Source of the DNA: Paraspadella gotoi | Taxonomy: Eukaryota > Animalia > Chaetognatha | Direction of reading: 5' to 3' | DNA length: 64,000 nucleotides | Assembly (NCBI GenBank): GCA_051294375.1 | Contig: CM119263.1 | Coordinates: 13,254,199 to 13,318,198, forward strand | In this document: positions 52,885 through 64,000 of the stretch, in pieces | Numbering within the stretch: the stretch's first letter is position 1 | Layout of the letters: each line of letters opens with the position of its first letter | Made by a program: the position numbers and the translations under genes | Notes under the pieces: generated by a model | Seen by the model: only the letters and a program-made list of their open reading frames with translations | Databases searched by the model: none | Told to the model about the DNA's origin: nothing

Positions 52885-55800
52885 TTACTTACTTCGCTCG
52901 AGGTCACTACAGGCGCGATCTCCAGATTCATGTAGGCCTCTCCTCATTTTTTGTACAATTCGTGCTAAGACTTTGTAACTTATTATCATTAATAATGCTA
53001 TTCTCAATATTCCTGCATCGGAGGCGTAGATCTTTACATCTTGAGAGTTTATGTTTCATGGATTATACACTACTTTGGCACACATATAGAGAGCAGGATC
53101 CAAGGAACGAGGGTTTAAGGGGGACTTTGCTTCGCGAGTGGCTTACATCACTGTATGGTAGCCTATATCTCCTTATTTGCGTGCTTACATTTACTTCGCG
53201 TTATCTCATACAACTCCAAGATCACCTTGAAGTCACCCGCACGCTTTGTCGGACTCATGCAGAAGAGTGCCTATGTGCTTCTAGTAACTCTGTACTCAAT
53301 CTTGGTACCTACTTCGACCTGGGTCATGTATTTCATTCAGCTACGCTCTATTCGCGAAAGACATAGTTTCCCTCAGCAATCGTCGTGAGAGGTGTATTAC
53401 ACAATCTCCAACTCAGTACAATAACACTGTCATTCTTGCTCTCTTCTCCTTTGGGGTAACTCTCCCGTCTCCGTCTTGACATTCCGTTCCTTATGGCATG
53501 TTGATAAAGGATTTAAAATATCTCTCGACGAACCAGCGCCAGTTGCGGTGCATAGCTCAACTTCGCAACCTAGCTCTACTCTACCTTCGCGAGACACTTT
53601 CATAACCTCTGTTTTTCTAACTATAGAATCTCTGATGTAACCGGGCAGAATCTCTTCTTGCCTTTTCCTCGAAAATTTGCCAAACATCAGGGGTCTAGTC
53701 TCATTTCTAGTCGTATCTGTTGAGTAGTCATATCTTATAACATCATTCATATATTTAAAATAACTCTTATCTTTCCATTTCATGTTATAGAAATTACTTA
53801 CATGAGAAATCTCACGAGACTAAAGCACATTCAATATCTCTCTGCACTCCAAAGCTAGCGTTCGGACGCAGAAGGTCTGTAGTCCACTCCTGATATTATA
53901 TCTCATTTACTTTGAACAACGAATTTTTCCACGGCCTCTCTTACTTAATCTCCACTTAAATCACCCGACATCCACCCAACACTCTGGTGCGTACTATATG
54001 GCGCGGCCATTGGGTCTGCTGCGCGCTTTGACAACCATGAAAATTTTTCATTTAAGTGTAAGAATATTAAGAGTTGATGACTAGACAGGTGCGTTTGAGA
54101 GACTCACTCATAAACTGATTCTCTTTCTCTCACCTTATTCGCCTTTTTGTAACGGCGGATACGCACACCGAGGTAGAATCAGTCTCGCGATGGCCCTAAT
54201 CCGTTTCTCATCTAGTTTTACCGCCCAGCGATCTTCTTACCTTACTAAATTCTCATCTTTCCCAGAGGACAGGCCGAATTTCTACCTTATCCTGACTCCT
54301 TTGGTCGCTCCTATCTTTATTTATCCACCAGTTAGTCCAGCGAATTCTGCCTTCCTATATTGCAAATGTTTAGTTGCTGAAAATCTCTCTCTATCTCGAG
54401 GGTGAATGCTGGAGGTTCACTAAAGCTTTATCGAATATCACAATGGAAGATTTCTATAACACTTTCACCTATCGACCTTTTACCTCAATAAAACTATTTC
54501 ACAAATCGCGGAATTCAATTTAAACTTTCCTTTTGCTTAGTGTACTTCAATTCTCCTGAATAGATAAAATAGGGCTAATCTGTACTCCTAGCCGTAACAC
54601 CCTGCTGAGATAGCGTCTTCCTTCTCTGGTACAGAAAAATAATAAATTTTTATTTAACTCTCCTGATATTACATTTGCACTGACTAATATTACAGCATGC
54701 CTTACAGAAAATTCTACATAATTCTTCTATTCACTGACTCTAATCAGTCTATTACACCCTGTCACAGAGTTCCCACAGGCCTAAGGTATTACCTCATCTT
54801 TCCCTTCTTTACCACCCCAGGCAAAAAGCTTAACAAGTATTCCTACACATGCTCTACAGCAGTAACAGCCACGTTGCGATGTCTCTAACTGGACAATTGA
54901 GCCGGAAGACGTTCCCAGAGCTTTTTTCCTTTACCCATGTCATTTTTCAAATAATAAGATAGGCGGAATCCTCTGCTGCTTGTTCATATACTGCTATTTA
55001 AACGAGTCTACGAGGCTCCTTCACCAGAAACGATTATACTCTTCTTCCTAATATGCTCCTCATCCTTCTTTGCTCCTAATCCACCCTTTACCCGTAATTC
55101 CAATTATATTTTTTTACTGCCAGGTCGTGCTTCCGTGCATAGAAATTATATAGAATATAAATATAGCCATGTTATGGCGCGATTCCCTTTGGTTCGTTTA
55201 AGGAAAAAAAATCCTCCAATGCCCGCAACCTCTCCTCTCTGTCTTTTTTCTTCTTTAACGAAAGTTCTGACAGACAGGAAGGTCAGAATCGGCGACACAC
55301 TTTCAAGAGAAGGCGCGGAAAATGATTGAAAGGGAGAGGAATTTTTAGTGTTTTCATGGTCATGCCGAGGTTCTTCAAACCCATGGCAGGACCAATTTAC
55401 GAACGTAAACTTAAAGAATTTTACCTTATTACCCAGTCAACTTCTCTATCAAAAACATATAAAAACGATCCGATTAGCTAACAGAACAAAAGTAGTCGCT
55501 GGGGGAGACGCGAGTATGGTGTTTATTAGGACACCTCTGGTTCTCACAGCATAGGATGCCTTACATAAAAGAAAATAATGCTTATCCATGAAATAATCCT
55601 CCGCGCAATTCAGTCTCTTGCTTCCGCCGTCTACTTACCTCCCTTCTGTTTTTTGCATTGGAAGGGCGTCCTCGCGTCATTTTTCTATTTTCTCCTTGTG
55701 CATAGATCTCTCTCTCCACCCTTGACCATTTTTGAACATCAGAAACTATCAGCATTCAAATACGGTATCTTCGCTGACTGTTCTTGGCGAAACACATATT

Positions 55801-56000
55801 TTTCTGAGAGACGGACTACATTTCTTTTTCTGAGTAGTACGCAATATATGCACAGACGATTTCCTCCACCTCTCAAATGCCATATGGCTTAAATCGCCAT
55901 TTCAACTATACTGATCTGTGATTTTTACAATATAACCTCAAATCTCTCCAGGATCCGATCTAGCCACTTCACTGTATGCAAGGGCTTCTCCATAATTTTC
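52885..56000 (-). mobile_element. Degenerate RTE-clade LINE (endonuclease plus RT remnants)
   Basis: Minus-strand frameshifted motifs occur in RTE order: (E)VKW.G.G-like (~55955-55975), GKDE (~54250), KGERK (~54120-54140), FKYMND...TDT and KTEVMKVSR (ORF 53430..53783), ILNPL..(YG.E.W)-like and IE.AEMKY-like (~53330-53350). A short (AAGT)n 3' tail lies at 52885-52894. Confidence 0.5.
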
Positions 56001-57620
56001 TCTTTACATCTCATCTCACTTATGCTTTTTCGTTTCTTTTTTATATGCATTGACGGATGCCATACCTAGTCAGTAGTCCATACTCATCTCACACCATCGC
56101 GTTACTCACACACACTAAAAGTTACTTAAGACATCTTTACACCACAATAGTACCCCTTTGCTCTCTTGACTCTCTTCTTAAATCTTGTTATATCACATTT
56201 TTCGAATGTCAGATTCCTTCTTATTTTTCTTCCAACTTGCTATATATTCTCTCATTGAGTACTCTGATTCTATTCACACTCCGAAGTCTCCTCACACGGT
56301 GTCATTTTTATCAACTTAGTGTGATACATCTCTTGTAGTGTCCTATCTAATTCCCTTTTTATATCTATATATGGAGAGCAGACGAGCGAATTAATGCCAG
56401 TCTTAGAGTTAATCACAATTTGGTGGTGACCATTCTCGACTACTCTATACTTTCCTGTAACACATTTCGAGCTTATCATCCTTTAGCCCATATTTTCGCG
56501 TCTATACATCAACCTTATAATTTAACCTAGAGATTTATATACCTCTACGATTGAAATATGGGAATTTCTTATACATCTCACAACGATCCATTAACACTCT
56601 ATATATATCTGAAATTATTATTATTTATTTATTTTCTTCTCTATAGTCTTCTCCTCTCTCTTTTTCTTGGTTCCTTTATCTACTACATATTCAATGTCTC
56701 GCGCCTTTCTTTCTCGCACAGTCTCTCTTGGATCCAGATCCGTCACCTCATCAGGGTAGTCAAAGCCACCAACAGTCTCTGGTCTCTCTCTCATCTCTTG
56801 CTCTTCTCTCTCCGATCTCAGTCATCATCTCTCTCTCTTTGTCTTTTCTTCCTTTTTTTCGCCCCACGTGGCGGGTCATACAGGTTTTTTTAATCTTTAT
56901 CTGACCGCCCGGTGATCCCCTATCGCATTTTTTTTTTTTCCTTTATGCGTATAATCAACTTCTTTTTCCCGCACCCTTCCGGCCCCCAGCGGTTTGTTTT
57001 TTTTTTGCTTTCTTTCGATTTTTCTCTTTATTTTATCCCGCTCTGTTGGTTCCTAATCGGTCCGACGAACGTAAACAATCCTTCATCCACTTTTTGTTTT
57101 TTTTTTGTTTGTTTNNNNNNNNNNNNNNNNNNNNNNNNNTTTGTTTTTTTTTGGTCTTTGTATTCGAGAAACGGAAAAAATGAGTGAAGAATTTTTCGAG
57201 GGAAAAAATCGAGAAGGTCATTAGTCATTAACTCCAAATCGGTTATCCTACGTTTCTTCGAACCAGTTTGATCTCGTAGATGTTTAACGAAAGAAGCTGA
57301 GTGAGATTTTTAAAAAAATACATATTCTATATATGTATTTACATACATATATTCGATCAATTCACAATAACTACAATTTGAAGATCAAGACCATACCGTA
57401 CAAAAATAATTCCAACGAACCTTGAGAGGTTACGCAGCAACAGGAGCGAGTACTTTTTTTAAAAAAGTCTAAAAATTGTAGAAACTTCTTCACCTCTCTC
57501 TCTCCTCATCGTCCGTCTCTCCGTCTTCTCCTCTCGTCATGCTCGTCTCTTCGTTCTCTCTGCTCTCGTTCTCTCTTCGTCTCTCTCTCTCTCTGCTCTC
57601 TCATCCTCCTTTCACTTTTA

Positions 57621-58120
57621 CTTTCATTCGTCGAGGCGAGGCGTTTCCAGCATTTTCGGGTCTTAAACAAACGTATTGACTGACTTTAATCTTTCTTCAG
57701 ATTGTAGAAAAAACGGGTTCGCTTAGTTTTCCTCCTTTACTCAGGCCTCCCTTCAACATCGCTCCTTCTCAATCTCGCCCCTCCGCCGCAGCGCCGAGGT
57801 TCGGATTAATTTGATTTTCATCGCCTCCTACCCTCCCGCCCGCGCACTTTACTTCCTTTTCCCGCCTTCCGTTTTTCCTCTCTCTACCTCTCGCTCNNNN
57901 NNNNNNNNNNNNNNNNNNNNNCTCTCTCTCTCTCTCCTTTCCTTTCCTTTCATTCGTCGGCGCGTTTTCCACATTTTCGGTCTTAACTATGACTTTAATC
58001 TTTCTCAGTTGTAGAAAAACGGGTTCTTAGTTTCTCAGCCTCCCTTCACTCTTCTCACCGCCTCCGCCCAACCGAGGTCGGTTAATCCATCGCCTCCCCC
58101 CCTTAACTCCTTTCGCCTTC
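57621..58120. repeat. Near-tandem duplication (57621-57860 / 57946-58120)
   Basis: ctttcattcgtcg..cattttcgg..tgactttaatctttct..ttgtagaaaaacgggttc..catcgcctcc occurs in both copies, on either side of an N gap. Confidence 0.85.
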
Positions 58121-58614
58121 GTTTCTCTCCTCCCACCTCTCCCTCTCTTCCCTCCCACGCCTCTTCTTCCTCCCGTACCTCACTATGTCTTTTCTCCTCC
58201 TCCTCCTCCTCCTCCACCCCTTCCATCGGAGGCCCAAGGCGCGGGGCTTCGCAGCAACTAACTCGGGGCGATAAATCCGAAGCCCGAGAAAAGAAAGAAA
58301 AGAAAAGAAAGAAAAGAAAGAAAGAAAGAAAAGAAAGAAAAGAAAGAAAAGAAAGAAAAGAAAGAAAAGAAAGAAAAGAAAGAAAAGAAAGAAAAGAAAG
58401 AAGAGAAAGAAAGAAAGAAAGAAATATGGAAAGAAAGAAAGATAGAAAGAAAAATACGGATAAATAGGAAAAGGACAAAAGAAAAGAAAAGAAAAGAAAA
58501 GAAAAGAANNNNNNNNNNNNNNNNNNNNNNNNNNNNNNNNNNNNNNNNNNNNNNNNNNNNNNNNNNNAAGAAAAGAAAAGAAAAGAAAAGAAAAGAAAAG
58601 AGAGACATAGAAGA

Positions 58615-60638
58615 AGAGGAAGACGAGCGCAACCATCTTTCCACCATTTTTCATTTTGTTAAAATTAGGGATCCCGCTTTCTCTCCCTCTCTTTTGCTCC
58701 GCGAAAAAAAGTCGTCTTTATCTCAATTCCCTTTTATTCTGTCGCCTCAGTAGTCAGTCCGCTGTTTTGCTTTCGCCACAAAGTTTTCTTTATATTTTCA
58801 TTGTTCATAATTCAACAATTCCTGGTGTACATACATATATGTTTAATTTTCGGGGATTCAAAACTAATTTGAGCTAATTGATTTATATCTTCTTTCGCCG
58901 GATCTCCCGCTTTTCCTACCTCCCTCTCNNNNNNNNNNNNNNNNNNNNNNNNNNNNNNNNNNNNNNNNNNNNNNNNNNNNNNNNNNNNNNNNNNNNNNNN
59001 NNNNNNNNNNNNNNNNNNNNNNNNNNNNNNNNNNNNNNNNNNNNNNNNNNNNNNNNNNNNNNNNNNNNNNNNNNNNNNNNNNNNNNNNNNNNNNGATTCA
59101 GTCGTAGATGGAAGCGAGGAAGGATTATCCTCGTCTTTCACCTCCTCCTCCTCCTCCTCCTTCGCATCTTCATCCTCTTCCCCCTCCTCCTCAGAACCCG
59201 ATTTACCGAACCATTTGCTTAAGAAAACAGGTGCACACCGTAGAAAAGTAAATTATCGCCCCGGAACTATAGGCGCTCGGCGTTGCCATGGGAGACGGGG
59301 TTTTAAAACGAAATAATTAGTAGATTGTTGGAGTTTAGATGTNNNNNNNNNNNNNNNNNNNNNNNNNNNNNNNNNNNNNNNNNNNNNNNNNNNNNNNNNN
59401 NNNNNNNNNNNNNNNNNNNNNNNNNNNNNNNNNNNNNNNNNNNNNNNNNNNNNNNNNNNNNNNNNNNNNNNNNNNNNNNNNNNNNNNNNNNNNNNNNNNN
59501 NNNNNNNNNNNNNNNNNNNNNNNNNNNNNNNNNNCTCTCGCTCAGCCATCTTGATTTTTCGGTCGATGAAGAAAAGAGAAAAGAGAAGCGAGGTTGGTAT
59601 CGACGTTTCGTTTAAGGGTCGACAATCGAGGCTTTTCGCTTTCATCCGCCTTCAACTCGCTTCATCTCGTTTTTAACCGTTTTCACTGTCACCCCGCGCC
59701 AAAATCAAACCACAACAACAGCACTACAGTTTTACATCTTAACTTCATTTCATAATATGTATGTAGATGTACGTATATATAAAAGTCTTTCACTTAAGGA
59801 CTGTAACATTTATTTAATTCATTGCGATAACATGAATTATGTAAACCGAAGACAACCAAAGACAACCAAAGACATCCAACCCCAGCAAATGATATCCTCC
59901 GTCCCCCATCACCTCACCTCAGCCATCCCCAATCCAGCAATCCCCATCGCCATCTCCTCATATCGCTCCAACCCCACCCTCTTCCCGACGGTTCTGTCAG
60001 ACATCAAAAGCAAACTCGCGCTGCGTCTTCGCCCGTGGGTGGTATGAGCGGGGGCGGTGGTGAGAGCGGATGGGTGGAGGGGCGCAGCTCGCTCGGAAGC
60101 CGGGAATCGTGGGCTTGTGGGCGGGCGAAGACAAATTTGATTTTCTGTTTAGAAGTTTTTCGTCTCTTTTTCTCTCTTTTTTTGTCGGCGGAGGAGAGGA
60201 GAAAAGGAAAGGAAAAAAAAAAAAAAGAAAAAAAAAAAAAAAAAAAAAAGAAAGAAATGAAAAAAAAAAAGAAAAAGGGAAAAAAAAGGGGAAAAAAGAA
60301 AGAAAGGAAAGAAAAGAAGAGAATAGAAGAGAGAGACGGCGACCATCTTTCCACCATTTTTCACTTTTGTTAAAATTAGGGATCCGCTTTCTCTCCCTCT
60401 CTTTTTGCTCCGCGAAAAAGTCGTCTTTATCTCATTCCCTTTTATTCTGTCGTCCAGTTAGTCCAGTCCGCTGTTTTTGGGCTTCGCCACAAAGTTTTCT
60501 TTATATTTTCATTGTTTCATAATTCAACAATTCGCTGGTGTAATAGCATATATGTTTATTTTCGGGGATTTCAAAACTATTTGAGCTAATTGATTTATCA
60601 TTTCTTTCGCCGGATCTCCGCTTTTCTACCTCTCTCTT

Positions 60639-60676
<38 letters not shown>

Positions 60677-61036
60677 CTCTCCTCTCTTTCTTTCCAGTAT
60701 TTCTCTTATTTGTTTCAATTGATTTCATTCTCAAAAATGCCAAAGAGATTCAGTCGTAGATGGAAGCGAGGAAGATTATTCTCGTCTTTCACCTCTCTCC
60801 TCCTCCTTCCTTCGCATCTTCATTCCTCTCTCCCCCTCCTCCTCACGACCCCGATTTACCGAACCTTTTGCTTAAGAAACAGGTGCACACCGATAGAAAA
60901 GTAAATTATTCGCCGGAATATGGGCAGCTCGGCGTTGCATGGGGACGGGGGGTTTTTTTAAAACGAAATAATTAGTAGGATTGTTTGGGTTTGATGTTGG
61001 GTTTTTGTAAATTATATTTTTTATCTTTAGATGTTC

Positions 61037-61081
<45 letters not shown>

Positions 61082-61089
61082 TCTCCTCT

Positions 61090-61141
<52 letters not shown>

Positions 61142-61838
61142 TCTCTTCTCTTCTCTCTTCTCTCTCTCGCTCAGCCATCCTTGATTTTTCTGGTCGTGAA
61201 AGAAAAAGAGAAAAGAGAAGCGAGGTTGGTATTCGACGTTTCGTTTAAGGGTCGGACAATCGAGGCTTTTCGCTTCATCTCGCCTTCAACTCGCTTATCT
61301 TCGTTTTAACCGTTTTTCACTGTCACCCCCGCCGCCAAATCAAACCACAACAACAGCCTTACAGTTTTAATCTTAACTCATTTTCATTAATATGTATGTA
61401 GATGACCGTATATATAAAAGTCTTTCAACTTAAGGACTGCTACATTTATTAATTTCATTGCGGATAATCATGAATTATGGTAAACGAAGACAACCAAAAG
61501 ACAACAAAGACATCCAACCCCAGCAAATGATATCCTCCGTCCCATCACCTCACCTCAGCCATCCCCCAATTCAGCAATCCCCATCGCCATCTCGATATCC
61601 GCTCCAACCCACCCTCTTCCCCGACGGTTCTGTCATGACATCAAAAGCAAACTCGCGCTGCGTCTTCGCCCATGAGGTGGTATGAGCGGGGCGGTGGGTT
61701 GAGAGCGGATGCGGTGTGGAGGGGCGCAGCCTTCGGCTCGGAGCGGGAATCGTGGGGCTTGGGGCGGGCGAAGACAAATTTGATTCTGTTTCTCTTTGAA
61801 GTTTTTCGTCTCTTTTCTCTCTTTTTTGTTCGGGGAGG
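58615..61838. repeat. ~1.5-1.6-kb direct tandem duplication (58615-60195 / 60330-61838)
   Basis: Colinear over its whole length (accatctttccaccatttt...caggtgcacaccg...ctcgctcagccatc...gcgggcgaagacaaatttgatt). Differences are almost all 1-2-nt indels, and copy 2 has sequence where copy 1 has Ns. Confidence 0.92.
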
Positions 61839-64000
61839 CTGAGTTCGGATTTCTGGAGACGGAAAGAGAGAGGGACAGGCAATGAGTCTCTCATGGCTAA
61901 CCTCAGAAGCTCGATTCAGCCGCGCCTACCGGGAAGCAGCCGGCGCTGCGGCCGATCGGGCTTCTCCCCGCCTCGATCTACTTCGCTCGGCTCTTTCTTA
62001 CTCCTCCTTCCTCTTCCTTCTCCCTTCTCCCGGATCCGCGCATCGGCAGGTGCGATCCGATCGGAGCTGCAGCCGGCAAAACTTACTCTCTTCTCTCTCT
62101 CTGTACCTCGTCACGCCGAGGTCTTTCTCTCCTGCCTCGAGCGGAATCGATATGGGTTCGCGCGGATCCGCGGAGGTCTTTTTCTTCAGAAATTGTTTTG
62201 AGATAGGCAGTGATTGTTTATACGGGTTTGTTCACAATGAAATTGGACTTAAATAAACTATGTATTTTCTTTTTCCCTCTGATAAATATGAACACTCTTA
62301 TTTATATATATTTATCCTCCTCATAACATAGATCTCACTGGGTGAATTTCTATGTTTTCAAAAATACGGTAAAGACATTGATTATCTTTAGACGAATCAT
62401 GTCTTATTACGGTTATCCGCGCTTAATTAAGTGAAACTAAAATATGTTTTTTCATGCAAGAGCAACTTTTAGAAGATCAATTGCTCGTTAATCTGTTGCG
62501 TATTTTAGATATACTACTTGCTTTGGCAAAAAAATGGCAACGCAATTATAAAATTTTTTTCTTGTTTTTTTCACTTCCTTTTCTTATTTCTCTTTCTTCT
62601 CGAACTTTTTTCGAACTCTCCTTTCTCTCTTTCTCTCTGACTTTATTCTCCCTTTCTCCAACGTTTCTACCTCATATTTTTCTGTGTCAATCCTTCCTTT
62701 CTTCTCTACTTTTTTCCCTCCACTCTACTCTATTAAAGTAGCAAAAATGATATTGATTCTTGATTAGAAAATGCAGCAGATGATTTCAATTATCCGTAGT
62801 CCAGCCCACTTTGTCTTTAGAGCTAAATTTTATCAATTACTGTTTTATATATTTAGCAATATTGGAAAGTTGTTTTTTTTCTAATTCCCCGATCAAATCA
62901 CTGCCAATAGTATTTGTTGATTGTCATTGCTACTGTAAGAAAGGGTTTGTTATTTTCTATGCCTGCAAGGGTAAATAAGTGAATAAATTTATTTCTTATG
63001 TTAAAGATTCTTGCCTAATTCATATTTATGGATCAAATTTTCCGGGCAGTCGTCTTCCGCCTCAATTTTCAGAGAGGATTTTTCCAGCGTAGTTAGTTTT
63101 CGGCTTTGAAATCGTTCACAAAACTGTCTTCGCTCGAGAGAACACTCTGTATTTAGGAATAAATTTCGTGTTCAATAAAGACTCATTCAATTTATTCGCG
63201 ATTTCTCTTGGAAACTTAAGTTAGATCAGTTCGTCCTGGGTGACAAAACGAACGTTCGTATTCTCGCGCGGCCGTGAAGACAAATAAAAGGAAAGAATCT
63301 TCGCAATATTGAAAGTAAAACTTAAGGGGACCCAGTGATAAAAATGATATCATAAGCTTAAGGCGTCTATCATCAAAGGAATCTTTGAATGGTGTGTCAT
63401 TAATTTTCTTTGTATGGGAAGTGGCAAAAAAAAATTCTATTCTCTTATTGTAGCGGAACAAAAATTTAATAACTTATGAAAAAAAAAATTTAGGTGACCC
63501 TACTTAAATATTTTATAATCCATTAATTTTATTTTTGCTTATGAAAGTTATTTTTTACCTAAATTCAATTTTTTATTTTTACTGTACAAAGCTATAATTT
63601 TAGGTTTAGCTTTTCATTGAAACAAAGGCCTTTACAAGACTAATATTTTTTATATTTTTATATTTACTTAAAAAGCAGACAACATCAACCTAAATTCTTT
63701 TCTTACAGAAACAAACTGTAATAATTATTAATTAATATTCATATTTCATCCCTTAAATGTTATTAATTAAATATATTGATTCCTGAATTAACAATTGAAA
63801 AATTTAGCAAAAGTACAGGCAATCTTTCTCTTCTTTTTATATTTTATATTCTTCAAAGGTTTATTCTTTCATCCAATTAAAGAATCATTTTGAAAAGAAA
63901 GTTTATAAAATCAGATCGATTACCTTACATTTTGATTCATTCCTAGTTTTTTTTTCTTATAATTTTTGTGAAAAAGCCTGAAAATCTTTTTTTAAAATTA

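Noticed and set aside
61882-62256. GC-rich 124-aa ORF
   Set aside because: No recognisable domain or codon pattern; more likely a non-coding CpG island, though a first exon cannot be excluded.

Overview
Eukaryotic (bilaterian invertebrate-like) draft-assembly window. It is AT-rich, has many N gaps and is saturated with (AG)n, (GAC)n and (TTTC)n microsatellites. The only convincing protein-coding gene is a class III POU-homeodomain transcription factor (POU3/vvl/Brn-like, 37299-39347, +, 682 aa, one ORF), lying in an apparent gene desert of at least 60 kb with many small CpG-rich islands. The rest is repeats: two Helentron-associated (HINE/DINE-like) non-autonomous elements at about 8.1-10.6 kb (one carrying a tRNA-like cassette), a decayed long-TIR DNA transposon (Sola-like motifs, about 25.6-31.4 kb) with a nested LINE fragment, an RTE-like LINE remnant (about 52.9-56 kb), tRNA-derived fragments, and several indel-riddled near-tandem duplications that look like long-read gap-filling artefacts. 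I did not find an unambiguous new biological system. The best leads are a splice donor five codons before the POU3 stop, a strong splice or trans-splice acceptor just upstream of its ATG, the expanded low-complexity POU3 N-terminus, the tRNA-carrying HINE, and apparently transposon-restricted CpG depletion. All alignments and motif matches were made by eye, and most repeat boundaries are approximate.
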